Shown here piece by piece: positions 54,660-64,000 of a stretch of DNA of 64,000 nucleotides. The stretch spans positions 32,001 through 96,000 of IMG/VR virus record IMGVR_UViG_3300023210_000011. One strand, given 5' to 3'. Below the pieces are notes generated by a model, which searched no databases, was not told where the DNA came from, and saw nothing but the letters and a program-made list of their open reading frames with translations. Position numbers and translations under genes: made by a program. Positions within the stretch are counted from its first letter, which is position 1, and each line of letters opens with the position of its first letter. Origin of the DNA: a virus.

Positions 54660-57061
54660 TTGGCATCTCCCCAGGACAACGCGTCGTCCATGTCGATGAG
54701 AATGGGTACGGCCATGGGGAAGGGGTTCTCCATGTTGATTCGCACCCGATCGCGGACAGCTCGGATGAAGTCTTCGTCGTCCGGAACCTCGAAGACGAGC
54801 TCATCGTGGATCTGCATCAGCATCCGGGCACCGAACGCGCGCATCTCCGGGTCGTTCTCACACCGCCGCATGGCCTTGTTGACGATGTCTGCAGCTGACC
54901 CCTGGACCTTGGAGTTGACAGACTGGCGCTGCGCCTGCATGGCCAGGCCGCGCTCACGAGACAGGATGTCTGGAAGCCGGCGGAATCTCCCTGCGAGTGT
55001 CTGGACAAGCAGGTCATTCTTGCATTCCCAGTGGGTCTGCTCGATGAACTCCAGAACCTCCGGGTAGATGTTGAAGTACTTGTCGATGAGGGCTTCTGCC
55101 TCGGGGCAGGTCTCGTAGGCGCGGCCCGCCCGAGAGATCCGCAGCTCCAGCGGAAGGCCCAGCTGCATCCCCAGCTTCTTGGGGCCAATCCCGTACAGAA
55201 GACCGAAGCCCACCGCCTTCATCGCGGCTCGGAGCTCGATGAGCTCCAACTGCTCCTTCGTGGGGTTGTCCGCCTTCTTGGCTGCGACGATGTCGTCGTA
55301 GTTGGCACCGACCGCCAGAGACGCGGTCATGGAGTGAAGGTCTTTCCCCGCATGAATCGTCTGGCACATCACGGGGTCACCACTCAGGTGCGCCATGATC
55401 CGCATCTCGAGCTGCTGGTAGTCCGCCACGATGAGTCGCATCGGGAAGTCCCGCGGCAAATCCGGCAGGGGGACATGCTCCACCGAAGGGAGACACCAGT
55501 GGTCGCAGGCACCCCAGGTGCCCGCCACGAACCACTTCCGCATCTTCCGGCCCCACTCCCCGCGTGAGGGAATGTTCTGGAGATTCGGGTCCCCAGATGC
55601 GAGGCGCCCAGTCACCGTCCCTGCGATCTTCAGATCGGTGTGGATGCGATCTCGGTTGTCCACCTTGGTCGGCAGCCCAGTCACGTAGGTGCCGTGCAGC
55701 TTCTTCAGAACGCGGTGATCTCGAAGGCACTCAGCCAACGGGTTCCCCTTGTCCGCCCACTTCTCGATCGTGGCCTTGTCCGTACTGGGGAGCTTGATCC
55801 CAGTCGTCCCGCCCGTGGTCATCTTCGTGGGCGGCATCCCGAACGGGTCCTCCCACTTGTCTCCGACCTTCTTGAAGAAGAGCTCTCGGAGCTGCTTGGG
55901 GCTGTTGGGATTCACATCCCAGCCGGCCAGGCGCACGAATTCACGCTCGAGCTTCTGGATCGTCTGGAGCATGGGGCCGTCCAGTTCTTCGATCTGCTCC
56001 AGGTCGAGCTGGAACCCTCGGCGCTCCATCATCCACAGGACCCGCAAGAGCTCCGCGGTCTCTGCATGGTAGTAGTCGCAGAGGTTGCTCCCGTTCCCCA
56101 TATCGACTTCTGCCAGCAGCTTCTCGAGGAGATTCGCCAGCATGATCGATGCCCAGGCGTCCAGAGAGGCGTAGTCCCCTACCAGGAGCTCCAGCAGCGC
56201 CAGGGGATCCACATCGGCAGCGGCCGTGTGGATGAGTTCCTCCAGGACCGCTTCGTGCGCCTCAAGGAGCACTTCGGGATCTGTGAGCAGGTGACGCTCG
56301 CCATCCCGGTCTTCCTTCGGGACGGGCGGCGCCCCAAGAATCTCGAAGAAGTCGGACACGTACCCGAGGCGGGTCCTCGTAGTCGGACACAGTCCCGTCT
56401 TCCTGGCGATGCTCAGGAGCTGGGAGGCCGTGAGGAGCCTCCCGAGGTCCGCACGACCCGCAGACGCCTTCTGGGAGACCTTCTTCAGCGATGTGAGGAG
56501 GGCCTCCGTTCCTTCCAACTGGCCCACGATGGCCAGGAGCTCCACCGCACGCCCCGCATCCTGCGCCTCCATCGCATCGTGCATGTCGCACAAGGTCTTG
56601 ACCTCGTTGTCGATCTTGCCGACAGACCCGAACACCTCCCGAAAAGGAGCCATCCGAAGGCCGAGGTAGTCAGCAGAGCACTGCTTGAGCCCGTGACGCC
56701 CGATGCGGTTCTCATCCAGGAGCCAGTCCATGGGGACCGTGTCGAGGAGGTGCCCCTTCAGCTCGATTCCCTCATTCGCCACCATGTGCATGTCGAACTT
56801 GGCGTTCGTGAGGCACTTCTCGATGTTCGGGTCCTCCAGAACCCCGCGGAACACCTCCAGGAGTCGAACGGGGGCACAGATGCGCGTGTCCTCCGTCGCG
56901 AAGGAGAAGAACTTGACTCGCGCACCGAATTTGCTCAGTCCGGTGGTCTCCGTGTCGAACCCCACGCGGGGAGCCTTTGCGTAGAGCGCCGCGTACTGCT
57001 GCGCATCTGTCTCGGTGAAGAGGTAGACGGGGTCGGGGGTCTTTACGAAGGAAAAACGCAT
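54656..57061 (-). CDS. polA: Family A DNA polymerase (3'-5' exonuclease + polymerase, no 5' nuclease)
   Basis: ExoI FDTETTG, ExoII NAKFD, ExoIII YASLD; TGRLASGDPNLQNIP; motif A ADYQQLEMR, motif B KAVGFGLLYG, motif C IHDEL. Confidence 0.95.
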   Translation of the reverse strand: MRFSFVKTPDPVYLFTETDAQQYAALYAKAPRVGFDTETTGLSKFGARVKFFSFATEDTRICAPVRLLEVFRGVLEDPNIEKCLTNAKFDMHMVANEGIELKGHLLDTVPMDWLLDENRIGRHGLKQCSADYLGLRMAPFREVFGSVGKIDNEVKTLCDMHDAMEAQDAGRAVELLAIVGQLEGTEALLTSLKKVSQKASAGRADLGRLLTASQLLSIARKTGLCPTTRTRLGYVSDFFEILGAPPVPKEDRDGERHLLTDPEVLLEAHEAVLEELIHTAAADVDPLALLELLVGDYASLDAWASIMLANLLEKLLAEVDMGNGSNLCDYYHAETAELLRVLWMMERRGFQLDLEQIEELDGPMLQTIQKLEREFVRLAGWDVNPNSPKQLRELFFKKVGDKWEDPFGMPPTKMTTGGTTGIKLPSTDKATIEKWADKGNPLAECLRDHRVLKKLHGTYVTGLPTKVDNRDRIHTDLKIAGTVTGRLASGDPNLQNIPSRGEWGRKMRKWFVAGTWGACDHWCLPSVEHVPLPDLPRDFPMRLIVADYQQLEMRIMAHLSGDPVMCQTIHAGKDLHSMTASLAVGANYDDIVAAKKADNPTKEQLELIELRAAMKAVGFGLLYGIGPKKLGMQLGLPLELRISRAGRAYETCPEAEALIDKYFNIYPEVLEFIEQTHWECKNDLLVQTLAGRFRRLPDILSRERGLAMQAQRQSVNSKVQGSAADIVNKAMRRCENDPEMRAFGARMLMQIHDELVFEVPDDEDFIRAVRDRVRINMENPFPMAVPILIDMDDALSWGDAK

Positions 57062-57079
57062 AGATGCCTAAACGCATGA

Positions 57080-57107
57080 GGGGCGGGCCCGAAGATGGAC
57101 CCGCCCC
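57080..57107 (-). terminator. Intercistronic hairpin between the SSB candidate and polA
   Basis: Minus strand GGGGCGGGTCC-ATCTTC-GGGCCCGCCCC; no U-tract. Confidence 0.55.
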
Positions 57108-57116
57108 GTGTTGAAA

Positions 57117-58241
57117 TCAGCGCCGGAAGTTGCGGTCGTAGGACTTGGCACTCGACGCGTAGCCGATCTCGCCCTGCCGAAGCCCCAGCATCTGGCTGTA
57201 CTCGGCGTCCGTCTTCGGAGCGGTGTAGCCCTCGAAGTCGAACTGGTTCTTGATCAGCTTGTCCAGTCCCTCGTCGTACGTGAGCTCCCCCGAGTCCGAC
57301 ACGTCCACGACGGGGCACGTCTGCTTGTCAGCCAGGGTGAAGTCCAGCAGGCTGACCACCTTCTCCAGGCTGTAGACGGGGAACCCATCATCGCCCTTCA
57401 CGCGCTTCACCTGAGACGCGACCTGGTGGTACTCGTGCGGCCGGGGGTCGTCACAGGAGTCGCAGTCGTACTCGGCTCGCGGGAACTCCACCTCGCCACA
57501 GTGGCGGCAGCGGATCTCCTGGTCTCCGTAGGCAGAGACCTCTCCGTCGGACATGTCCGTGTCCTCGGTCTCGAGCAGCACCTCCTCGCAGTTGGGGCAG
57601 ATGAACACCGACGGGAAGAGGGTGCCAGCACAGCGGCACATCTCACGCGCGCGACGGTTGATCTCCTGCACCACCTTGAAGTGCGAGGACGCCATCTCCA
57701 GGAACTTCTTCCGGAAGAAGCCGACCTCTTCCATGTTCCCGTCCTTGAGGATCTGCTTGCGCTCCCGGATGCTCGACACGGGATCCCAGCTGAAGACCTG
57801 CTTGCCCTTGAGCTTGCCCCGGGAGTAGAGCAGGGGGGACCCGTTCTTCATCACCGGAGTGCGCTGGTAGAGCGCGTAGTGGATGACTCCGACGTAGTAG
57901 CGGTTGACCTCGTCGTACTTCGGCTCGCTCACGTTGGGGTCTTCCGCGTCCGCCCGAGCCCGCAGAGTGCTCCCGTCCTCCGCTTCGCGGAAGTAGCCCC
58001 AGGAGGTGTTCCCCCGCTCGTTGGTGTACTGCAGCTTGAACATCGGCAGACCCAGGTAGGGTGCCGTGACTCCGGGGCGGTCATGGACCGGGTAGCTGCC
58101 GGGGGTGAGCTGAAGCCAGGTGCTCTCACCATCCTTCATCTTGAGCTGATCGGACCACTTGCAGCCCCATCCGTTCCGGCGTCCACCGCCACGGCCGCCA
58201 CGGCGACCTCGATTTGCACTCAGGGGGATGTTGCGTCCCAT
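57117..58241 (-). CDS. Probable ssDNA-binding/replication accessory protein with Zn-ribbon insert
   Basis: Lies between primase and polymerase; aromatic-rich core; CRC, CPNC, CRHC, CDSC. GAGG RBS before ATG 58241. Confidence 0.45.
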   Translation of the reverse strand: MGRNIPLSANRGRRGGRGGGRRNGWGCKWSDQLKMKDGESTWLQLTPGSYPVHDRPGVTAPYLGLPMFKLQYTNERGNTSWGYFREAEDGSTLRARADAEDPNVSEPKYDEVNRYYVGVIHYALYQRTPVMKNGSPLLYSRGKLKGKQVFSWDPVSSIRERKQILKDGNMEEVGFFRKKFLEMASSHFKVVQEINRRAREMCRCAGTLFPSVFICPNCEEVLLETEDTDMSDGEVSAYGDQEIRCRHCGEVEFPRAEYDCDSCDDPRPHEYHQVASQVKRVKGDDGFPVYSLEKVVSLLDFTLADKQTCPVVDVSDSGELTYDEGLDKLIKNQFDFEGYTAPKTDAEYSQMLGLRQGEIGYASSAKSYDRNFRR

Positions 58242-59182
58242 ACTTGCCTCGCTTGACTGATATTGATTGGGTTGCCGCACACGTGCACAAGTTCTTCTTC
58301 CAGAAGATCATCCGGTTGATGGATGCCGTCGGGAAGCGCCGCCACGTACACGCGCACTGCCTGAAGTTTATGGCTCGCTTTGAGCATCCCTCGACGGCCT
58401 GCCGGGTCGTTGTCCAGGCAGAGCACCACTCGGGAGCTCATCGCTTCTATCGATCTACACTGCGCATCAGACATGCTGCTGCCCATCAGGGCAACCACCG
58501 TCGTCAGCCCAGCCTGACAGAACCACAAGGCGGCCTTGAAGCCCTCGACCACGTACACGGGCTTCCGCTCGTGGCGAAGCTCCGCAACCACCTTGTCTGC
58601 TCTCCAGAGGTACTCCCCTTTGTTCAGGTGAGGTACCTCGATTCCGTACCGGTGCAGCTCTGTCGTGTACACCTTGTACTTTCCGCCGAACTCTGAATCA
58701 TGGCGGCGGCCGACAATGCCAACCAGCCGCCCCTTCTTGTCTCTAACCGGGTAGGTCACCCGGCTGAGCTCTCTGTCGTATCCCACGTCGTTTTCAAAGA
58801 GCACCCGCTCGTCGAACCCCTCTCTCAAGAGGTCTTCCGGGCACCAGTCAAACATCCCCAAGAGCTTCTCGGGGAGGAACACGGGGCCAGGAGAGCGTGC
58901 CTTCTTCTTAGTCCGTGACGTGTCTTTCTGCTGGAATTTCTTCGACAAACGGACAACAGTTGTCCGCTCCTCGCCAGCCATCTCGAGGAACTTCCGGAGG
59001 TTTCCGCCCCCACACCCACCAAAGCAGTTCCACAGCCCGTTCTCGACGTTGACGGAGAAGCTCGGGGAGTTTCCTCCGTGGAAGGGGCAGAACCCCTTGT
59101 AGTTGGATTCCGAGCTTCTCCGGAGGTTTTCGACATACTTGCCGTAGACCTCCAGGAAGTCAGGTTCGGAAGGGGTCTGCAC
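58220..59182 (-). CDS. dnaG: DNA primase (CHC2 Zn finger + Toprim)
   Basis: CPFHGGNSPSFSV...WNCFGGCG; VVEGFKA; LCLDNDPAG. Probable start GTG 59182. Confidence 0.9.
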   Translation of the reverse strand: MQTPSEPDFLEVYGKYVENLRRSSESNYKGFCPFHGGNSPSFSVNVENGLWNCFGGCGGGNLRKFLEMAGEERTTVVRLSKKFQQKDTSRTKKKARSPGPVFLPEKLLGMFDWCPEDLLREGFDERVLFENDVGYDRELSRVTYPVRDKKGRLVGIVGRRHDSEFGGKYKVYTTELHRYGIEVPHLNKGEYLWRADKVVAELRHERKPVYVVEGFKAALWFCQAGLTTVVALMGSSMSDAQCRSIEAMSSRVVLCLDNDPAGRRGMLKASHKLQAVRVYVAALPDGIHQPDDLLEEELVHVCGNPINISQARQVWDATSP

Positions 59183-60572
59183 GCTTCTTCGCGGGCTTCT
59201 TCTTTGCGGGGTCTGCCTTCGGGGGCCCTCCGGCGCCACGCGCCGCGGCTTCGGATTCTTCCATCTTTGCCTTCTCCGCAAGGAACTGCTTGATGCTCAC
59301 CGTGGACTGTTGAACGCTGAAGTCGGATCCTGGGTTGGCGTTGATGACGAAGGGCGGGATGACGGTCTCTCGAGACTTCGAGAAAACCAGCATGATCGAG
59401 GCCCCTCTGCCCGTGGGGTTGGGACCTCGGAAGGCCCGCACAGCGATGTCTGCGTCCTGTCCGATTCCATCTGCGAAGGACAGGTCGTCGAGGTCTCCAG
59501 ACGGCTCCTTGGCGTTGGCGCGGTTGGCCTGGGTGGTGCCTACGACCGGGCACTCACAGAACTGAGCCATGCCCTTGAGGTCCTGTGAGATGTGCCCGAT
59601 CTGCTTCCAGTCCGCGCTGCGCTGCCCAGAACGTCCATCCCGCATCAGGTAGAACCCGTCCACTACGATGAGATCCGGCTGGAACCGCTCAGCAGCAGCG
59701 ATGAGGTTCTCGACCGTACTGGCCTTCCGCTTGCCCTTGTCGCTCAGAAACAGCAGTGAGCGAGTACGTCCGCGGGGGTTCGCGTCTTCTTCCTCCGTCT
59801 CCGCGAGGATCTCCAGCATGTCGAAGAACTCGTCCCTGTCTTCCGGGGTGAGCGCCCCTCTCCGGAGCCGGTCGTAGCAGACTCCGGCCAGGATTGAGCT
59901 CACACGCTTCAGCATCGCTACTCGAGAGATCTCCTTGGAGAAGATCATCACTCGGTAGTTGTCCAGGTACGCCTGCGCGGCGATGGCACAGGCCAGCCAG
60001 GTCTTCATGTTGCCTGGGCGGCCGTAGATGACGATGAACTCTTCGTCCATCATCCCGCCCGTCTTCTGGTTCAGGAGCGTCCAGGGGTAGGGGATGCCAA
60101 TGAGGCCCCCGCCTTCCTCCTGGGTGTTGTACTCCTGGCGCAGAAGATCGACCGAGGCCGAGAGCAGGATGCCCTCGTCTTCATGCGCCTCTACGTTCAT
60201 CCTCCGGAACTTCGGCAGGAACCCATCGAGGATGGCCGTGGGGTCCTGTCCGTCTGCCAGCTCATCCTGTAGGTCATTCAGGAGGACCTGCAGGTCGACC
60301 TGCGACTTCTGGGTACGCACCTCACGGATCAACGCCGGGAGAGAGTTCCGAGAGGGGCTGAAGTCGAAGTCGGGGAACTTCCTCAGGAACCGCTCTACCG
60401 ACGGCACCTCTCCGCGCTGTTGGGGGTCGTGGTACTCAGACCAGAGCCAGGCGAAGCCCTCGTGCGCGGCCTCCAGCGCGAACATCTCAGGGGTGACCCC
60501 TTTCTTCTTTGGAGTCTGAAAGTCCCCGGTCTCCAGGATGTTGCTGATCAGCTCAAGCTCTGGGTGCGACAT
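59160..60572 (-). CDS. dnaB: DnaB-like replicative helicase
   Basis: GRPGNMKT, LIVVDGFYLM, ISQDLK, QANR, SFADGIGQDAD, KSRE. Confidence 0.88.
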   Translation of the reverse strand: MSHPELELISNILETGDFQTPKKKGVTPEMFALEAAHEGFAWLWSEYHDPQQRGEVPSVERFLRKFPDFDFSPSRNSLPALIREVRTQKSQVDLQVLLNDLQDELADGQDPTAILDGFLPKFRRMNVEAHEDEGILLSASVDLLRQEYNTQEEGGGLIGIPYPWTLLNQKTGGMMDEEFIVIYGRPGNMKTWLACAIAAQAYLDNYRVMIFSKEISRVAMLKRVSSILAGVCYDRLRRGALTPEDRDEFFDMLEILAETEEEDANPRGRTRSLLFLSDKGKRKASTVENLIAAAERFQPDLIVVDGFYLMRDGRSGQRSADWKQIGHISQDLKGMAQFCECPVVGTTQANRANAKEPSGDLDDLSFADGIGQDADIAVRAFRGPNPTGRGASIMLVFSKSRETVIPPFVINANPGSDFSVQQSTVSIKQFLAEKAKMEESEAAARGAGGPPKADPAKKKPAKKRADPFRT

Positions 60573-60857
60573 CTACAGTTCTTCCTCGTTGTGCTGTGGG
60601 GTCTCAGGGGGCGCATCCACCAGCCCGAGGTCTTCGTTGATGACTGACTGGATGTCGCGCACCACCGCAAACAGCCGCGCCACGAGCTCTGCATGCTTCT
60701 CGTCCAGCGTCGTCTCCCCTCCCCCGATGGTTCCCTCGAAGGTGGGTGTGGTGAGGTTGACGACGTAGGCTGCGCGGACTGTGGACTGTCGGACGGAGGC
60801 CTCCACCGAGACGAGCTCGATGGAGGTGGTGCTACGAGGTCCGGATGTCACGGTCAA
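60573..60857 (-). CDS. Hypothetical protein
   Basis: Abuts the helicase start. Confidence 0.7.
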   Translation of the reverse strand: MTVTSGPRSTTSIELVSVEASVRQSTVRAAYVVNLTTPTFEGTIGGGETTLDEKHAELVARLFAVVRDIQSVINEDLGLVDAPPETPQHNEEEL

Positions 60858-61173
60858 GCTCCTTGGCCTGCGACACCGCAGAAGCCAGGCTCTCGGACAC
60901 CAGCTCCGCCGCGATTACAACCGCAGCCATCACGCCGTCCTCACTCTGGTCACAGGTCAGGGTGAGGCCGACTGAAACGTCAAAGCCGTTCCCGAAGTCC
61001 TTGTCCGAGTAGGACTGCCGGTAGTTGATCTGGGCCTTCTCGTCGCCGAGCAGCGAGATGAGCTGGTCGTCTTCCATATTGAGATGCTCCTGGGTGATTG
61101 GGACCGAGAAGTCCCGTCTGTCGCTCTTGCCGTTCCTCACTTCTCCGTAGAGCTCGCCGACGGGCCGGCGCAC
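60832..61173 (-). CDS. Hypothetical protein
   Basis: Likely start GTG overlapping the upstream TAG (TAGTG); track start 61545 is over-extended. Confidence 0.65.
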   Translation of the reverse strand: MRRPVGELYGEVRNGKSDRRDFSVPITQEHLNMEDDQLISLLGDEKAQINYRQSYSDKDFGNGFDVSVGLTLTCDQSEDGVMAAVVIAAELVSESLASAVSQAKELDRDIRTS

Positions 61174-61598
61174 TACTGGAGGGCCTTCGGGATGGTCACG
61201 CGAAGCGTGCCCTTCTTCAAGGTGAACATCTGCCCGTAGATGGCGCGGAGCTCGGGGTTGAGCCGCTCCATCTGCGTGGGATTGACGGTGTACCCGATCA
61301 CCCCGTACCGGAAGAGCTCGTCCATGTGTCCCCGCTCCTCCGCCTCCTCCACGATGTCCTCGGAATCGTACACCTTCTTGTCGGAGCCCGACGACACCCG
61401 GAACTGGTAGGCTCCGATCTTCGTGCTTCCGGCCCCGCCTTCGCGGAGCTCCTTCTTCGCCTCGTTCACGAGGGCGGGCCTCTTCGCCTCCAGCTCGCGG
61501 AGCATGTCCACGGCATCCGAGTCGGCCAGCTTCAGCCGCTCCCACAGGGCGGAAATCTCGTCGTTCGTCTCGAGCAGTGCGTCAACAGCGGTAGGCAT
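61173..61598 (-). CDS. Hypothetical protein
   Basis: TGATG-coupled start MPTAVDALLE. Confidence 0.75.
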   Translation of the reverse strand: MPTAVDALLETNDEISALWERLKLADSDAVDMLRELEAKRPALVNEAKKELREGGAGSTKIGAYQFRVSSGSDKKVYDSEDIVEEAEERGHMDELFRYGVIGYTVNPTQMERLNPELRAIYGQMFTLKKGTLRVTIPKALQ

Positions 61599-62311
61599 CA
61601 GTGGCCTCCAATCAGGGTCTTGTGGTGGCTGATGAGGGACAGCGCAAAGCGCAAATCCCGGATGGTCTCGTAGGTGTGGCCTCGCCCCTCTTTCACAAGG
61701 GGTCCATCTCCCTTGCGCAGGAGGAAGCCAGGGCTCAGTGTAGGCAGCATGGCGTACCGCACCGGACGTCCGGTGCTCGGGGAGTCGATGGAGATGTCCA
61801 TCAGTCCCCCGCGCTTGTCCATGATGGCCACCTTCTTCCCAAGGAGGGTCGTAGCGGCGACCTTCCCTCCTGCGATGATGAGCAGGGGGTCGATGGCGTA
61901 GATGGTCCGATGCAGGCGATTCCTGCACGCCTTCACTTCTTTCGCGCTCGGGGTTCGATCGTCTTCAGGGCGGCACATCACCGCGTTGGTGAAGAAGATG
62001 TGGCCCTCGAGGTAGTTCCGCAGATTCTCGAAGAAGGCGTCGTTCTCCTCGATCATGCGTACTTCTTCCAGCTCTGGACTGTCCCACCACGCCTTCTCGA
62101 AGAGCTGAAGTAGGAGTCTCCCGGCAGGTCCCACGAATGGGTACCCCGCCTCATCATCTTCGATGCCTGGGGCCTCTCCCACGTAGAGGATTCGAGCACT
62201 GACGCTGCCAGATCCGAAGACTGGCTGCACTCGACTCTCGCAGAGGAGTTCACAGGCGTCACATCGAGAATACTCCTCAAGGAGTGCCCTCAACGCAGTA
62301 CTACCTATCAC
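61598..62311 (-). CDS. udg: Uracil-DNA glycosylase, family 4-like (Fe-S)
   Basis: CDACELLC, VGEAPG, GYPFVGPAGRLL, FFTNAVMCRP, C...I. Confidence 0.88.
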   Translation of the reverse strand: MIGSTALRALLEEYSRCDACELLCESRVQPVFGSGSVSARILYVGEAPGIEDDEAGYPFVGPAGRLLLQLFEKAWWDSPELEEVRMIEENDAFFENLRNYLEGHIFFTNAVMCRPEDDRTPSAKEVKACRNRLHRTIYAIDPLLIIAGGKVAATTLLGKKVAIMDKRGGLMDISIDSPSTGRPVRYAMLPTLSPGFLLRKGDGPLVKEGRGHTYETIRDLRFALSLISHHKTLIGGH

Positions 62312-62323
62312 GATATTTTCTCC

Positions 62324-63703
62324 TTATGGTAGGTCTTCCCATCTCCACTTCCTTATGACTCGGTAGCCCTTTTCTCGGGATTTGCGGATCAGGGAGTGGA
62401 TCATTCCCCGGAACGTGTCCACCGAGGAATCGAGTAGCAGGAAGACAAGAGGGTTCGGCTTTCCGTCGAGGGCACGCAGTACCCGGCCCACACTCTGCTC
62501 GTAGGCGATGGCAGAGTGAGACCTGGCAGCGAACGGGGTCATCAGGACCAGGGTGTCCAGGTCTTTCCGGTTGTACGCCGCGGCCCCCACCCCGAGAGAG
62601 GCGAAGACCAAGTCGGAGCCGTTGAGGCGTTCCAGGCGCTCCTTCGACTTCGTCTTCCCGTGGATCACTGTGCTCCCGGGGTTCTGGGCGTGCAGGTGCT
62701 CCAGGTGGTCGGGGCCATGGGAGAGGGCGTAGACGATCCGTCCGCGCTTCTTGAGCTCATCCAAGAGCCGTTGGATGAGGGAGTTGCGGTCTTCGTTCTG
62801 CGCCAGAACCTTGTGGGCGCGGCCCACATTGAACTTCCCATTCCGATCCAGCATCCCCTTTCGCTCGTCCTCCCGGAAAAACACTCCCATGTCGAGCACG
62901 TAGACCGTGGGGTCGAGGTCCTGCTCCACGTTGGAGTGGAAGATGGGCCCCAGGTTGGTCAGGAAGATGCCCTCGCACCGGTCAGTCCGCACTGGCGTGG
63001 CGCTCAGCCCCAGACGCATCCCAGCCCCCACGGCGCACGCCTGGGAGAAGAAATCCGCGCCCATGATGTGGCACTCATCGTAGATCACCAGTCCGAACTT
63101 CCTGTAGAAGTCCGCAGGGAGTCTCCCGGTCTGCGCCCTGCGCGCCAGCATGTTCACTGTCGAAAGACAGATCCCAGCTTCGTAGTCGAACTTCTTCCCC
63201 TGGATCCAGCCAGTCTCCCCTCGGTAGTCGAAGAACTCGTCGAGCTCTCCCAACCAGTTGTCCAGGTGCGCCCTCTGGGGGCTCACCACCAGAGTGGACA
63301 CCTTCTCATGGGCGGCCTTGTTCCACGCCAAGACGGTCTTGCCCAGGCCACACGCCAGATTCAGGACGCCTGAGTGCGCTGCCTTCAGGTCCTCCCATGC
63401 CTCTACTTGGTTGTCGCGTAGTTGGAATGCCGGCTTGGCGGTGAGGTCGATGCTGTCGAACTCAGTGGGCCGCAGATCTACCACCTCGCAGCCAAGCTCC
63501 TCAACCTGCTTGTCCGTCAGGGTGTACAGCGGGACCTGGTAGTGGAACTTGTGAGTCCGCATGAGGGCGCGGCGCTGCTCTTCCGGGTCGGCCCCGAAGG
63601 TCAGAAGACCTTCGAGGATCCCAGAAGACACCGCAGACCGGGGCAGGAACAGGTGCCTGCCCCGGTATACGACGCCCGCCTCGAGGTGAGGCAGTCTTGT
63701 CAC
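62324..63703 (-). CDS. Superfamily II helicase (UvsW/XPB/ResIII-like)
   Basis: LRDNQVEA, ACGLGKT, DECH, LSATPVRTD, EQSVGRVLR. Confidence 0.88.
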   Translation of the reverse strand: MTRLPHLEAGVVYRGRHLFLPRSAVSSGILEGLLTFGADPEEQRRALMRTHKFHYQVPLYTLTDKQVEELGCEVVDLRPTEFDSIDLTAKPAFQLRDNQVEAWEDLKAAHSGVLNLACGLGKTVLAWNKAAHEKVSTLVVSPQRAHLDNWLGELDEFFDYRGETGWIQGKKFDYEAGICLSTVNMLARRAQTGRLPADFYRKFGLVIYDECHIMGADFFSQACAVGAGMRLGLSATPVRTDRCEGIFLTNLGPIFHSNVEQDLDPTVYVLDMGVFFREDERKGMLDRNGKFNVGRAHKVLAQNEDRNSLIQRLLDELKKRGRIVYALSHGPDHLEHLHAQNPGSTVIHGKTKSKERLERLNGSDLVFASLGVGAAAYNRKDLDTLVLMTPFAARSHSAIAYEQSVGRVLRALDGKPNPLVFLLLDSSVDTFRGMIHSLIRKSREKGYRVIRKWRWEDLP

Positions 63704-63999
63704 TCCTTTCTCCTCTTCCGGAACGAGGGATACCTCTTTCGGGGGATCCCACTGAGAGCCTGCGTCAGCGTCTCGCTCATGGCGGTAGCGGCGTTGAGGC
63801 TCGAGTTGTACGTGAGCGCGGACACAAAGGTGTCCCCCTCGTCAGGATCCTCTGTGGGGACCGGAACTGACCGCCCGTTGGTGGGGTGCCCCTTCTTTGG
63901 CCCCGGGGTATCTCTGCTCCGGCCGGATTTCCCTGCCTGGACCTTGATCCGGCAGGTTCCTTTGTACCGGCAAGCCCGGCAAGTGCTATCCGTGATGTC
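63700..63999 (-). CDS. Hypothetical protein, 5' truncated by window edge
   Basis: Open frame DITDSTCRACRYKGTC...RKRRKE-stop, GTGA-coupled to the helicase. Confidence 0.7.
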   Translation of the reverse strand, partial: DITDSTCRACRYKGTCRIKVQAGKSGRSRDTPGPKKGHPTNGRSVPVPTEDPDEGDTFVSALTYNSSLNAATAMSETLTQALSGIPRKRYPSFRKRRKE

Positions 64000-64000
64000 G

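Noticed and set aside
56206-56614. Intein in the DNA polymerase
   Set aside because: No Cys/Ser start with His-Asn end followed by C/S/T, and no LAGLIDADG blocks.
63905-63935. GGGAAAT on the minus strand as another slippery site
   Set aside because: Out of register (read GGG AAA TCC in frame) and no downstream -1 ORF is needed.
1-64000. Stop-codon reassignment, tRNA or rRNA genes
   Set aside because: TAA, TAG and TGA all end genes at sensible coupled boundaries, and conserved enzymes are intact in the standard code. No tRNA T-loop/cloverleaf was spotted by eye; tRNAscan would be decisive.

Overview
This window is about 64 kb of a large, high-GC tailed dsDNA phage genome (myovirus-type, probably jumbo class). 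It uses the standard genetic code, and the genes are tightly coupled through ATGA/TGATG/GTGA overlaps. There are two converging arms. The + strand arm (1-48.2 kb) is mostly late/virion genes: a tail-chaperone-like gene pair joined by a textbook -1 frameshift signal, GroES, a five-domain SWIM/ParB/SNF2/putative RNase/HNH protein, an ADP-ribosyltransferase-like protein, tape measure, baseplate hub with an inserted M15-like peptidase, a sigma factor, gp25-like and gpJ-like wedge proteins, and three 1600-2200 aa baseplate/fibre proteins. A small minus-strand island around a WGR-domain DNA ligase interrupts this arm. The - strand arm (48.3-64 kb) is replication/recombination: SF2 helicase, UDG, DnaB, primase, SSB candidate, family A DNA polymerase, HU, RecA, two PD-(D/E)XK nucleases, UvsY-like and RusA. 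The most interesting signal is a recurring K-x-A motif (FEKEA, FDELTKEA, LEKIAA, EKVAG, QKTAA, AKTAS, VKQAR). It sits at the end of short N-terminal leaders of several enzymes/regulators and at the domain boundaries of the five-domain protein. This suggests a protease-processed capsid-cargo/polyprotein system that delivers a sigma factor, an ART and nucleic-acid enzymes with the DNA; this is inference and untested. All domain calls come from motif recognition by eye, and no database search was run. No tRNA, rRNA or CRISPR array was seen.
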